A DNA stretch of 32,884 nt from an uncultured bacterium (GTDB lineage Bacteria; Latescibacterota; UBA2968): positions 1 to 32,884 of the forward strand of contig CAYYGZ010000017.1 in assembly GCA_964471275.1 (NCBI GenBank), given 5' to 3'. A program made the position numbers and the translations under genes. Each line of letters opens with the position of its first letter. Within the stretch, counting starts at the first letter, position 1. The notes beneath the pieces were generated by a model. The model did no database searches and was not told where the DNA came from. It worked only from the letters and a program-made list of their open reading frames with translations. Shown here piece by piece: positions 1-9,998 of the stretch.

Positions 1-65
1 GGTCTACATGGTGTCTTCACGCTCTATGGATCTAGGCTGTCCAGTGCCATAATGGTGTTGCCACC

Positions 66-1061
66 TTACCCCCCCGCCAGATACTCTGCGAAATCGAGAA
101 CTCTTCCCTGTTCGGAAGCGACACCACACCCCTCAACCATGGCAACAGTCGTCAGGTTGTTTCGCCCAGAAAATTCGGGCTCCACGCCCTCGCTCAGGTA
201 TCTCGACCACTGGTTCATAATGACCGTCGTCGAATCGTCACACGCGTCTAAAGGTATCTCTTCCTCCTCGTCGCGCTCCCGATGCTTCAGCGTGATCTTG
301 CCCCCTGAAAGTTCCAGGGTACCACCCTCTGTGTCGATCCGGCTCATCTTCGCAGGTTTGTGAGACTCGAAACAGCATAGATACCCACAAGTTGCCCCCC
401 CCTCAAACTCGATCCAGGCGTGCGCACCCGCCCCTGCCTTGTAGGGGCTCCAAGAGGGATTGAAGTCGTGTGCCCACATCCTCTTCGGCGTATCCGCAAA
501 CATAAAGCGCATCGTGTCGAAGTCGTGGATGCCACGCTCCCACAGGTAGCTGTGAGTATCCTCACCCGAATGGTGGACACCCTTACGCCGCCAGCTAAGC
601 GCCATGTGCAGGCCGAAGCAGGCTTTACCGTAAACCTCGTCCTGGATCAGACGCCGCATCGTCACGGTCGCAGCGTTGTACTTTGCGTTCTGAGAAACGC
701 AGATCGTCACGTCGTTCTTCTCGGCCTCTTCCACAAGCATCTTGGAATCTGAAAGACTCTTTGTGAAGGGCTTCTCCACCAGCACGTGCTTACCGGCTCT
801 AAGAGCCTGGAGACAATGCTCTGTGTGCAAGTCGGGCGGCGTGATCACGACCACGGCTTCCGCCTCCACGTTGTTCAGGGCCTGCTCGAGCGTCCGGAAA
901 CAGGCAGCCTCAGGAAGACCGGTCGCGTTCATCGCGGTATCCAGGTGATCTTCTCGAATATCAACCAGAGCCACGCTCTCGAAATCTTCACGGTTCGGAA
1001 CTATGTTGACAGGCCACTTGCCTCTGCCCCCGACACCGATGTGGATCAGCTTATGCGCCAT
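66..1061 (-). CDS. Gfo/Idh/MocA family NAD(P)-dependent oxidoreductase
   Basis: Rossmann motif IGVGGRG, ITPPDLH, HVLVEKP, ERGIHDFD. Start moved from 1112 to the ATG at 1061 (MAHKLIHIG) because an AAGGAG RBS lies at 1068-1073. Confidence 0.92.
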   Translation of the reverse strand: MAHKLIHIGVGGRGKWPVNIVPNREDFESVALVDIREDHLDTAMNATGLPEAACFRTLEQALNNVEAEAVVVITPPDLHTEHCLQALRAGKHVLVEKPFTKSLSDSKMLVEEAEKNDVTICVSQNAKYNAATVTMRRLIQDEVYGKACFGLHMALSWRRKGVHHSGEDTHSYLWERGIHDFDTMRFMFADTPKRMWAHDFNPSWSPYKAGAGAHAWIEFEGGATCGYLCCFESHKPAKMSRIDTEGGTLELSGGKITLKHRERDEEEEIPLDACDDSTTVIMNQWSRYLSEGVEPEFSGRNNLTTVAMVEGCGVASEQGRVLDFAEYLAGG

Positions 1062-1153
1062 GTAGCACTCCTTGTTTTCACCTGCCGATCGCAGGAACAG
1101 GCAAGAAAACACATCCCCACTGGTGGGACAAGGCCTCTTGTGAGCGACCGGGC

Positions 1154-1182
1154 TTGACGCGAAACCTCAGTCGCTGTACCGT
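1154..1182 (+). promoter_or_regulatory. Putative sigma70 promoter for the enolase-family gene
   Basis: TTGACG (1154-1159), 17 bp, TACCGT (1177-1182); AAGGAG RBS before ATG 1207. Confidence 0.45.
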
Positions 1183-1206
1183 GCCGGCAACAATCAAGGA
1201 GACCTT

Positions 1207-2457
1207 ATGAAAATCGAGAACATTGAACTCGTCCACCTTGACGTCCCGTTCACCGACCACGCAAACAAGTATCTGGGTTATTGGCTACCTCACTGGCGTA
1301 TCGTGCAACTCTGCACGGTAACGTTGACAGATGGGGTTAAGGGGATTGGCGAGACCATCCCCAACTACACGTGGTCCAAAGTGCCTGAGAACCTGTTCGG
1401 TCGTGCGCTCGGAAGACGTGCGGCTGAACTGATGTGGGATGATTCGCTCGGTGCAGGCGTTCAGATGGCGCTGTTTGATGCCGTGGCCAGAGCGCAGGGC
1501 GTGCCCGTGTATGCCCTCCTGGGGACGAAGGTCCGCGACTGGTGCCCAATCTCCTGGTGGAATATGGATATGCCGCCAGAGGGATGGGCGGAAGAGTGCC
1601 GTCAGGCCGTTGCGGCCGGATACACGAGTGCCAAGCTAAAAGCCCGGCCGTGGTTCGACCTCAAGGCCTCCGTCGAAGCAGTACAGAATGTTGTGCCCGA
1701 CGGATTCCATCTTGACCTCGACTACAACAGCACGCTCGGCAATTCAGCGAACGCGATCCCTCATCTCAAGTCGATGGAAGCATTCAAGGAGATCGCAATG
1801 ATCGAGACGCCCATCCCGCAGAATGATGTGGCGGGCAACAAACAGATCCGACAGCGCACAAACAAGCCGCTGGCCATGCACTATGGGAATCCCCCGGCAA
1901 TGACGACAATGAAGGAAGATGTCGCTGACGGGTTTGTACTGTGTGCAGGAGCAACGCGACTGACACGACAGGCGGCCGTATGTGACGAAGCGAACAAGCC
2001 TTTCTGGCTCCAGTTGGTCGGTACGGGTATCACGACCGCCTGGGCTGCCCACCTTGGGGCCGTCCTGCCCCAGGCAAAGTGGCCGGCCATCACCTGCATG
2101 AACATCTGGGAGTCACAGCTCCTGACAAAGGAGCACGAGATTCGCGGCGGGTTCTACCCGGTTCCAGCCAAGCCGGGCCTTGGCGTCACCCTCGATCGGC
2201 GCGCCATCAGGCGATACACCGTCGACCACGAGTGGGTTGACCCGCCACGTCATTTGTATGAGTATTTGCGACAGAGCGGAGAAGTCACCCGCTATACATG
2301 CAGCAAGCAGGAACTCCACCAGGTTTATCCAAAAGACGCTCAACCGATTTCGGAACCAGGATCCGCCCTGCATGTCGTCGAGGATGACGGATCGGATCGG
2401 TTCAAGCAGCTCTGGCGCAGAGCAAAGAGAGATGAGGCGCGCGAACTCCTACCGTAG
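1207..2457 (+). CDS. Mandelate racemase/muconate lactonizing enzyme (enolase superfamily) protein
   Basis: Capping domain GIGET...MALFDAVARAQGVPVYALLG; KLK motif; LDYN and IETP metal ligands; C-terminal PAKPGLGV. Confidence 0.9.
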   Translation: MKIENIELVHLDVPFTDHANKYLGYWLPHWRIVQLCTVTLTDGVKGIGETIPNYTWSKVPENLFGRALGRRAAELMWDDSLGAGVQMALFDAVARAQGVPVYALLGTKVRDWCPISWWNMDMPPEGWAEECRQAVAAGYTSAKLKARPWFDLKASVEAVQNVVPDGFHLDLDYNSTLGNSANAIPHLKSMEAFKEIAMIETPIPQNDVAGNKQIRQRTNKPLAMHYGNPPAMTTMKEDVADGFVLCAGATRLTRQAAVCDEANKPFWLQLVGTGITTAWAAHLGAVLPQAKWPAITCMNIWESQLLTKEHEIRGGFYPVPAKPGLGVTLDRRAIRRYTVDHEWVDPPRHLYEYLRQSGEVTRYTCSKQELHQVYPKDAQPISEPGSALHVVEDDGSDRFKQLWRRAKRDEARELLP

Positions 2458-2566
2458 CCCTGAACCGTGTGACGCGCGGCCTCGTTTCAGATGTTCACGC
2501 AACCCAGGATGGTCAAGCCGGAGAGAGAGCGAGCCTATCGTCAGCCGAATAGAAATACCCCGCTGG

Positions 2567-2753
2567 ATGCGTACACGGAGATTCGCGATCGGTGCCTCGC
2601 TTCTGATCCACATCGGCGCCGTCGCCGAAAGAGGTGGTAATCAACTTTGCGCCTTCCGACAGGCGGATACCAGAACCAATCGTAGAAGAGATCCGGGGAA
2701 GGACGAGTGAGAATGCCCGAGCCGAGCACCAAGAATCAGGGGAGGTTTCCTGA
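2567..2753 (+). pseudogene. Degraded TonB-like N-terminal fragment
   Basis: MRTRRFAIGASLLIHIGAV carries the S-x3-H transmembrane motif. A shifted frame reads PKEVVINFAPSDRRIPEPIVEEIR before TGA at 2751-2753. No TonB C-terminal domain is visible. Confidence 0.35.
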
Positions 2754-2824
2754 GCGCGCGAACCTGCCGATTGTCCCCGTTTGGGCGCCATACAGACAGA
2801 CGTCTGGGTATAAGACCGGTTCGA

Positions 2825-4555
2825 TCAGTGTCGAATCCCGTCCAGCCAGGGAGTCCAGGCAGCCGGTCCCCCTAACAATTCACGGAGACTGCTCAGCCTG
2901 CCGAACAGGTGCTGTTGGATTCCGGGCTCCAGCTCCGCACTCAGAGACTCCCAATCTCCCTGGAGAATGCGTTCCGCGAGATCCTTGGGCTTTGGATACA
3001 CAACGAGTGACAGATCCGCCCCGGCATCGAGCCCAAGCAGGGCTCTCGTCGCGTCCAGAGCGGTTGCGTATCCACCCAGATCGTCAACCAGTCCCTGTGC
3101 CTGCGCCTGCCGACCTGTCCAGACCCGACCTCGTGCGGACGCCTGAACTTGCCCGGCACTCATCTCACGGCCGGCCGCAACCTGCTCGACAAACGCTTCA
3201 TAGACACGATCCAGTTGTTCATCGAACCTTTTTCGCTCCTCTGACGAGAAATCTGCCAGGCTACTGCTCAACCGCGCCTGGCTGCCGATCGATACTGAAT
3301 CCCAGGAGATGCCCAGCCTGGACCAGAATTCCGATGTGACGAATTTCCCTGCCCAGACCCCGATCGAGCCCGTAATCGTACCGGGCTGCGCGACAACCCG
3401 ATCGGCGTGCGACGACACGAGATAACCGCCGGAAGCGGCGGCCGATCCCATTGAAACCACCACAGGAATTCCCTTTTCCTGTGCCAGCCGAGTTGCGCGC
3501 CAGATTGCATCTGAGGCAACATACGACCCCCCTGGGCTGTCTACCCGGAACAGGATAGCCCGGACATCGGGATCTGCCGACGCCTTGTCAAAAGCCTCGA
3601 GCACAGTATCACTCCCGGCGGTCTGACTCTCATCCACAGGACCGTATCGGGACGGCCCGGACACGATCGTGCCCACACCGTAAATGAGCGCGATACGTGA
3701 GCCGCTATCGGACGTTTCCTCTCGGGCGTAGGCACTCAATTTGACCCGTTCGGCATCCGGGTGCTCCACAGCAAATGAGCCGTGGGCCTCGTCCACATAA
3801 GACAGGACATCGACCAGCCCTGCAGCCAGGGCCTCTTTAGCCATGTACGGACCTTCTTCGATCCACGCTCGCACGATATCTGTTTCAACTCCCCGACCAT
3901 CCGCAATGCCGGACACAAGCTGGTCGAACTGGTCACCGAGCAATGCCAGCGTCGCCTCGCGATGCCTGTCCGTAAAAGCAGTTTCCGTGTACATATTCGG
4001 CGCGAGCTTGTAATCCTCACGCTGGCCGAAAACGGGTTGGATACCCAGGCTGTCGAGCGTGCCCCTCAGGAATGGATGTTCGACCGACAATCCGACGAGC
4101 CCAACACTCCCGGAGGGCTGCAGGCGGATCTTGTCGAAGGCGGTTGACAGGAGATAGGAACCGTTGGCCGGCGTCATCCCGCCGATTGTCTCCGCGAAGG
4201 CCACACACGGCTTACCCGATTCCCTGAACAGGCGGATGACGTCGGCCAGTTCCTGGACGTGTGCGAGACTCATCCGTTGGCTTCCGATTCGACCGATCAG
4301 ACCGACGACTCGGTCATCACTGCCGGCGCGCGAAATCGTGAGCAGCTGCTCGCGCAGATCCAGGCGCTGAGATCCTCGCAGTAAGGCCAGCGGATGGTCG
4401 CCGGTATGTTCGACAATCTCCCGTCTGAAATCGACTTCTAGAACCATGCGCTCAGGCAGCTTGTCGTCGAAGGTGAGCACTACGTAGATCAGAAGCAGAA
4501 CCAGCAACACGGTCAATGTGCCGATCCACTTCAGGATTCTCCCAATTAAGGACAC
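2825..4555 (-). CDS. sppA: Signal peptide peptidase SppA (protease IV, two-domain S49 type)
   Basis: N-terminal TM anchor; REDYKLAPN (Lys), RVDSPGGS, SAAASGGY (Ser), TITGSIGV, ARGRVWTG. The GTG at 4555 follows GGAGG; the ORF track start is 4591. Confidence 0.93.
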   Translation of the reverse strand: MSLIGRILKWIGTLTVLLVLLLIYVVLTFDDKLPERMVLEVDFRREIVEHTGDHPLALLRGSQRLDLREQLLTISRAGSDDRVVGLIGRIGSQRMSLAHVQELADVIRLFRESGKPCVAFAETIGGMTPANGSYLLSTAFDKIRLQPSGSVGLVGLSVEHPFLRGTLDSLGIQPVFGQREDYKLAPNMYTETAFTDRHREATLALLGDQFDQLVSGIADGRGVETDIVRAWIEEGPYMAKEALAAGLVDVLSYVDEAHGSFAVEHPDAERVKLSAYAREETSDSGSRIALIYGVGTIVSGPSRYGPVDESQTAGSDTVLEAFDKASADPDVRAILFRVDSPGGSYVASDAIWRATRLAQEKGIPVVVSMGSAAASGGYLVSSHADRVVAQPGTITGSIGVWAGKFVTSEFWSRLGISWDSVSIGSQARLSSSLADFSSEERKRFDEQLDRVYEAFVEQVAAGREMSAGQVQASARGRVWTGRQAQAQGLVDDLGGYATALDATRALLGLDAGADLSLVVYPKPKDLAERILQGDWESLSAELEPGIQQHLFGRLSSLRELLGGPAAWTPWLDGIRH

Positions 4556-4642
4556 AGATACCCTCCAAAAGTGAAGCGGGCCCCCAGACAACCTGGAGAC
4601 CCGCTCGAGTATACTCTATCGCTCAGCCTACAAAAAGAGAAG

Positions 4643-5227
4643 CTACAGAACAAGATCGATAAAGGCCTGGCTCTTCTTGTCGAGCTTGCTGAGGTCGCTG
4701 AACTCAAACCGATTCCCATCCACATCCAGAAGAAAGAGCCTTCGATCACCGAGCCATTGAGCGTTCTCGGCAACGTTTTTGGCCACAAACTCCCGACGAC
4801 CTCGGTCGGTCATCACGTCCCAGTATGAGACACCGTATTCGTTTCTCAGTTCAACGATCTGAGACACATAGGCCGTCAGGTAGCGTGTGTTGAGCTCCTC
4901 GTGAACGATTGCGTGATTGTCTTCCTGAAGCTCCCCGATCTCCTTGACCATACAGATTGCTTCATCCTTGATATCCAGGAAGCAAATGTAGCGATCCGGT
5001 TCCGACAGTGGAGCCGCACGGACAACCTTCACACGCGTGTATGAACGATCTCCGTCGATCGTCATCCGCAACCGCCACGCCGGCTCTCGAAACAGACGGA
5101 TAGTGGACGGATCCACGTCTTCCGGGTGAATCGTTTCGATCGGTGAGGGCTTCCAATCGGTCTTGGTTCCCTCCTCGACCTCCTCGGTTTCGTCTTCCAC
5201 CTCCAGCTCCGTGACTGCCGTTGTCAT
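4643..5227 (-). CDS. DUF1854 domain protein
   Basis: VVRAAPLSEPDRYICFLD...EELNTRYL...WDVMTDRGRREF...LLDVDGNRF...LDKKS matches my recollection of DUF1854; acidic N-terminal tail; lies downstream of ABC exporters. Confidence 0.8.
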   Translation of the reverse strand: MTTAVTELEVEDETEEVEEGTKTDWKPSPIETIHPEDVDPSTIRLFREPAWRLRMTIDGDRSYTRVKVVRAAPLSEPDRYICFLDIKDEAICMVKEIGELQEDNHAIVHEELNTRYLTAYVSQIVELRNEYGVSYWDVMTDRGRREFVAKNVAENAQWLGDRRLFLLDVDGNRFEFSDLSKLDKKSQAFIDLVL

Positions 5228-5286
5228 CTAGAAACCTCGTCTCCCAATCAAATTTCGGTCTGTCAGCCCGGTCAGGCAAGACTGAT

Positions 5287-7503
5287 TCATCGGGTCCCCA
5301 CTCCCATCACTGCCGTTGTCTCTTGCTGCGTCTTGACCAACCGGTAGAAAATGCCCTGCCGCTCCATCAGCTCCTCGTGAGTGCCGACCTCGGCAACCCG
5401 TCCCTCGTCAACGACAACAAGACGACTCGCGCTTCTGAGTGTAGACAGACGGTGAGCGATCGCGAAGGTAGTACGTCCGGCCACAAGCCGACCGATCGCC
5501 ATCTGAATCTTCCGTTCTGTTGGCGTATCCAGCGAAGAGGTTGCTTCATCGAGAATCAGTATTCGCGGGTCGTGCAGGATGGCTCGGGCAATCGAAAGCC
5601 TCTGTTTCTCACCGCCGGAGAGCCGATTGCCGCGTTCACCGACTCGCATATCATAGCCGTCTGGTTTCTTGACGATGAACTCGTGGGCCTCGGCCGCGAG
5701 TGCAGCACGGACAACATCATCGAAGCTTGCGTCCTGCTTGCCATACGCGATATTCTCCGCGACGGTCCCGTCGAACAGGAAGGGCTCTTGGTGTACCATA
5801 CCGATCTGTGATCTCAGATCGCGAAGATCGATATCCCGCATGTCGTGTCCGTCGACTTCGACCGATCCACGGTCAGGATCGTAGAATCGGCAGATCAGGT
5901 TGATTAGGGTCGACTTTCCTGCACCAGACTTCCCCACCAAACCGATCATCTCTCCGGGCTTGACATCGAACTCGATCCCCTTCAGCACGGGCTTTCCAGG
6001 ATCATACCCGAAGTGCGCGTCTCTGAAGGTAATTCGACCGACGATGTTATCCATCCGGATCGCATCAGGGATATCAAACGGCTCGGGTTCGTGATCGATT
6101 ACTTCGAAAATACGCTTGGCGCCGGCAAACGCCCTCAACATAAAGTTATAGAAATCACCAAACCAGCGGAGCGGCTGATACATCATCCACATGTAGCTAA
6201 CAAAGAGCATCAGCTCACCCAGCGTCAGCCGCTCTTCAAGCACCTGGATCCCGCCGTAATACCAGACGAGGAAGACACCGCAACTCATCAGGAAGTTCGT
6301 AACGGTGAAAAACACAAACCAGTTCCGCTCACCGATGACGGACACGTCTCGGACAGCGATGTTGTGCTCGTCGAACCGCTCGCTCTCCCGGTCTTCCTGC
6401 GCGAACGCCTTGACGACACGAATCCCGTTGATCGATTCATTCAACTGCGAATACAGACGCGACCACTTCGCCCCCCAGCTGTTCCAGAAACGCATCATCC
6501 GGGCCCAGATCCGACTGCCCGCGTAAATGATCGGTGGGATCGGCAGACAGATTAGCAGGGCGAGTTCCCAGCTCGTAAGAAATAGCATCGTCAGGATGCC
6601 GAAAAACGTGAGCGTGTTCGACAGGATGAACGGCATGTCGAAGACCATGAAAACCTCGAGCCGGTCGCTGTCGTTTGTCATCCGCGAGATCAGAGAACCG
6701 ATTCGTCGACGATCGTAGAATCGCAGCGGGAGTACCTGGAACTGTCGATACAGGTCCTCTCGCAGATCCGCGATCGCCCGAAAACCGAGTTTCCGGCTGA
6801 AGTACCGTGTGACGATGTCGCCAGCCCACAGGGTCACCCGCACGGATGCGAGCGCAGCAACGAACCACGACAGTGTCTCCACACCCGAACGCGGCGTGAG
6901 CACATCGTCGATGATGTGCTGCATGATTTTAGGCGGAAGCAGACCGAGAATGGTGGCGAAGACCGTGCAGAAGGCTGTGGCCGCTGCTTGACCGGGATAC
7001 TTCAGGAGGTAACCCACGATGCGCTGGAAGGTGTCCCACTTCTTCACGCAGACGGCGCAGACCCCATTCTTCTCGGGCAGCAGCCGTCCGCACGACCCAC
7101 ACCGTGTCTCGTCGATCTCCTCAGGTAGTGCCAGATCCTCACCCCGGGCCATGGCCTTCACGCTCTCGGCGATCTCGGCAAATTTGGGTCGGAGCGATTG
7201 TGAAAAACCGATACGCACGGGGGGCCCGGAAGTCTGGTCGAACTCGACGACCCCCCCCCCTACAAGATCATCGACGCGTACATCCCGCAGGTTCGAGATT
7301 TTCGCGCGCTGTGTCCCGTTCGCGCCCTCTTCGGGCACAACGAGAACCTGGTCAGAGGTGACGACGAGCCACTCGGACCCGAATGAATGGGTCTCGCTCA
7401 GATCGCCCTGAACCCGGATGAGAACATCGAACTCGGAGACATCGGCTTCGGATATCTTTCGCCCGACATCTGCCGGGGCTGTTTCCATGAAGGGTGTGGC
7501 CAC
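5287..7503 (-). CDS. ABC exporter (TMD+NBD) with N-terminal extension and CxxC-x10-CxxC motif
   Basis: Walker A GKSGAGKS, LSGGEKQR, ILILDE, IAHRL; TM domain; CGSCGRLLPEKNGVCAVC precedes the TMD. GTG start lies 1 nt after the upstream stop. Confidence 0.93.
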   Translation of the reverse strand: MATPFMETAPADVGRKISEADVSEFDVLIRVQGDLSETHSFGSEWLVVTSDQVLVVPEEGANGTQRAKISNLRDVRVDDLVGGGVVEFDQTSGPPVRIGFSQSLRPKFAEIAESVKAMARGEDLALPEEIDETRCGSCGRLLPEKNGVCAVCVKKWDTFQRIVGYLLKYPGQAAATAFCTVFATILGLLPPKIMQHIIDDVLTPRSGVETLSWFVAALASVRVTLWAGDIVTRYFSRKLGFRAIADLREDLYRQFQVLPLRFYDRRRIGSLISRMTNDSDRLEVFMVFDMPFILSNTLTFFGILTMLFLTSWELALLICLPIPPIIYAGSRIWARMMRFWNSWGAKWSRLYSQLNESINGIRVVKAFAQEDRESERFDEHNIAVRDVSVIGERNWFVFFTVTNFLMSCGVFLVWYYGGIQVLEERLTLGELMLFVSYMWMMYQPLRWFGDFYNFMLRAFAGAKRIFEVIDHEPEPFDIPDAIRMDNIVGRITFRDAHFGYDPGKPVLKGIEFDVKPGEMIGLVGKSGAGKSTLINLICRFYDPDRGSVEVDGHDMRDIDLRDLRSQIGMVHQEPFLFDGTVAENIAYGKQDASFDDVVRAALAAEAHEFIVKKPDGYDMRVGERGNRLSGGEKQRLSIARAILHDPRILILDEATSSLDTPTERKIQMAIGRLVAGRTTFAIAHRLSTLRSASRLVVVDEGRVAEVGTHEELMERQGIFYRLVKTQQETTAVMGVGTR

Positions 7504-7504
7504 G

Positions 7505-9799
7505 TTATTCTCTCACTGCGATGATTTCGGCAACTTCCTGCTGAAGTTTCACGAGGCCCGCGAAGCTGCCGTTGTTATCCATGAGCTCTTCGTGGGTGCC
7601 TACCTCGACGATTCGACCGGCATCCATCACGACAAGGCGGTTCGCATTCCGCAAGGTCGAAAGACGATGCGCGATCGCAACCGTCGTCCGCCCGACCACC
7701 AGGTTGCAGATCGCTTCCTGGATCTTCTTCTCAGTCTTCACGTCGACGGACGAGGTCGCCTCATCCAGAATAAGAATCTTCGGGTTGTGCAGGATGGCGC
7801 GTGCCAGGGATACACGCTGTCTCTCGCCTCCGGACAGTGTTGCTCCGCGCTCACCGATCACTGTATCATAGCCGTCCGGCTTGCCCACGATAAATTCGTG
7901 CGCGTTAGCCGCGGTCGAAGCTTCGACGATCTCCGAGAACGACGCACCGGGGCGGCCATACCCGATGTTCTCCTGAATCGTCCCGCTGAACAGGAACGGC
8001 TCCTGCAGAACGATGCCGATCTGACTACGCAGGTCTTCCAGTTTGATATCGTTGATATCGACACCGTCGACCTCGATCCGGCCCCGGTCGACCTCGTAGA
8101 AGCGACAAATCAGGTTTGCGGTTGTCGTCTTGCCCACACCGCTCTTCCCGACCAGACCGATCATCTCACCCGGTTCAATGTCTAGATCGATCTCGTGGAG
8201 GACTGGCTTACTCTTGTCGTATCCAAAGGTGACATTCTTGAACGTGATCCGTCCCTCGATGTTCGGCATGGGCTGCGCATCAGGATCCTCGTAGGCTTCG
8301 GGCGGCGTGTCGATGATCTCGAAGATTCGTTCGGCCCCGGCGAAGGCGCGCGTCATCCAACTGTTGACCATCCCGAACCACTCGAGCGGACCATACAGCA
8401 GCCACAGGTAGCTGTAGAACGCCAGCAGCTTGCCCAAAGTCAGATCTCCGTCCACCACCTCCCGGCCACCGAAGTACCAGACAATCATCACGCCGACGCC
8501 CGTCAGCAGGCTCATAGTGGCGAAGAAGATCCCCCGGTTGATCTCGGCCCTGACACCGATGCGCGTAAATTCCTTGTTCCGATTCTTGAAGACCGCGATT
8601 TCCCGCGGCTCCTGAGCGAACGCCTTGACCACGCGGATCCCCGTGAGCGCCTCGTTGACCCGGGCCATCAAGTTCGACCATGATTGGAACCACTTGGTGA
8701 AGAAAAGACGCATCTTCTTCCAGTAGTACACGCCCCAGAGGATGATCGCCGGTACCGGAACCAGAACGTACAGCGTGAGCTTCCAGCTCATCGAGAACAG
8801 GGCGATCAGGATACCGAAGATCATCAAACCATTGATGATCAGATATGGCAGGCCATCGACAAGAAAATCCTGCAGTCTGCCCGTATCACTTGTCACACGA
8901 GACATCACCTGACCGACCTGCCGCTTGTCGTAGAACTGAAGTGACAGCAGTTCCAGCCGCTTGTAGAGCTGGCCGCGGATATCCGCCGTCACGCGAGCGC
9001 TGAGCCACGTTACCGTCCATCCGTGCAGCCATTCCGCTCCCCAGCTCAGAAGACGGAGACCGATGAGGGCCAGGACAAAGAAGCCCAGCAGGGAAACACG
9101 ATCATTAAAGAGTGCGGCTTCCTCGGCGACTGGAACAAAAACTTCATCGACCATTCGCTCTATGATCAGGGGTGGAATCAGCTCCGCCACCGTCGTTGCC
9201 ACCGAGGCGATCGCAAGGAGGATCGCGTGCCGCTTGTAGGGGAACAGGTAGTCCGCGATGCGGCCCAGCGTGGCGAAGCGGCTGATACAGTTGGGGCAGA
9301 TACCGTTCCGCTCCGGCAGCTGTTTTCCGCAGGAAGCACAATGTGTCTTGTCGAGTGTCTCCTTGAGGTAGAGGTCCTCTCCCTTCCGAAGTTGCTCGAT
9401 ACCCCGTGTGACCTCGGAAAATTTCTCGGAAAGCGTCTTCGAGTAGGGCACCGAAACGATCGGTTGTTCTTTCCGCTCGATCTGGAGGGATGCGCCACCG
9501 ACATAGGGTTCTGTTCGAGCACGCAGAATCTCAGTCAGCGGGATTTCGATCGTTTCTGACGGCACCCAATCCGGTAGATGGCGCTGGCCCTGATCCGTAA
9601 CGACCGGCTGTGTGGCATCAGGCACCTTCCCGTCCGAGTGGACGAGGATTCGCTCCGAAGTCACGACGACCCACTGGGTACCGTAAAGCCCGTCTGGGCC
9701 GAGGTCAGAAGAGACACGGATCAATTCCTCCTCGTCAGGCGTCATCCCGGGATGAATGCGTTCGAGGAGATTTTCGTTGGTGTTTTCAATAAGGTTCAC
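7505..9799 (-). CDS. ABC exporter (TMD+NBD) with N-terminal extension and CxxC-x10-CxxC motif; paralog of the downstream gene
   Basis: GKSGVGKT, LSGGERQR, ILILDE, IAHRL; CASCGKQLPERNGICPNC precedes the TMD. Confidence 0.93.
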   Translation of the reverse strand: MNLIENTNENLLERIHPGMTPDEEELIRVSSDLGPDGLYGTQWVVVTSERILVHSDGKVPDATQPVVTDQGQRHLPDWVPSETIEIPLTEILRARTEPYVGGASLQIERKEQPIVSVPYSKTLSEKFSEVTRGIEQLRKGEDLYLKETLDKTHCASCGKQLPERNGICPNCISRFATLGRIADYLFPYKRHAILLAIASVATTVAELIPPLIIERMVDEVFVPVAEEAALFNDRVSLLGFFVLALIGLRLLSWGAEWLHGWTVTWLSARVTADIRGQLYKRLELLSLQFYDKRQVGQVMSRVTSDTGRLQDFLVDGLPYLIINGLMIFGILIALFSMSWKLTLYVLVPVPAIILWGVYYWKKMRLFFTKWFQSWSNLMARVNEALTGIRVVKAFAQEPREIAVFKNRNKEFTRIGVRAEINRGIFFATMSLLTGVGVMIVWYFGGREVVDGDLTLGKLLAFYSYLWLLYGPLEWFGMVNSWMTRAFAGAERIFEIIDTPPEAYEDPDAQPMPNIEGRITFKNVTFGYDKSKPVLHEIDLDIEPGEMIGLVGKSGVGKTTTANLICRFYEVDRGRIEVDGVDINDIKLEDLRSQIGIVLQEPFLFSGTIQENIGYGRPGASFSEIVEASTAANAHEFIVGKPDGYDTVIGERGATLSGGERQRVSLARAILHNPKILILDEATSSVDVKTEKKIQEAICNLVVGRTTVAIAHRLSTLRNANRLVVMDAGRIVEVGTHEELMDNNGSFAGLVKLQQEVAEIIAVRE

Positions 9800-9998
9800 G
9801 GTGATCCAGACAGCGTTGAGTGGGATCTCGACACGGCAATGGTTCTCATATCCGACTATACCGAATAAACAGGGGTTTCAGCGAGAAAAAGATTTTATGA
9901 ACACCGAGGGAGGAGAGTCCAAAACGACCCGAACCAGACCAATAGGTCCAGCGATGATGCAAGTCAACGCCGGACAGCCAGCAGTCGATCGTTGACCC

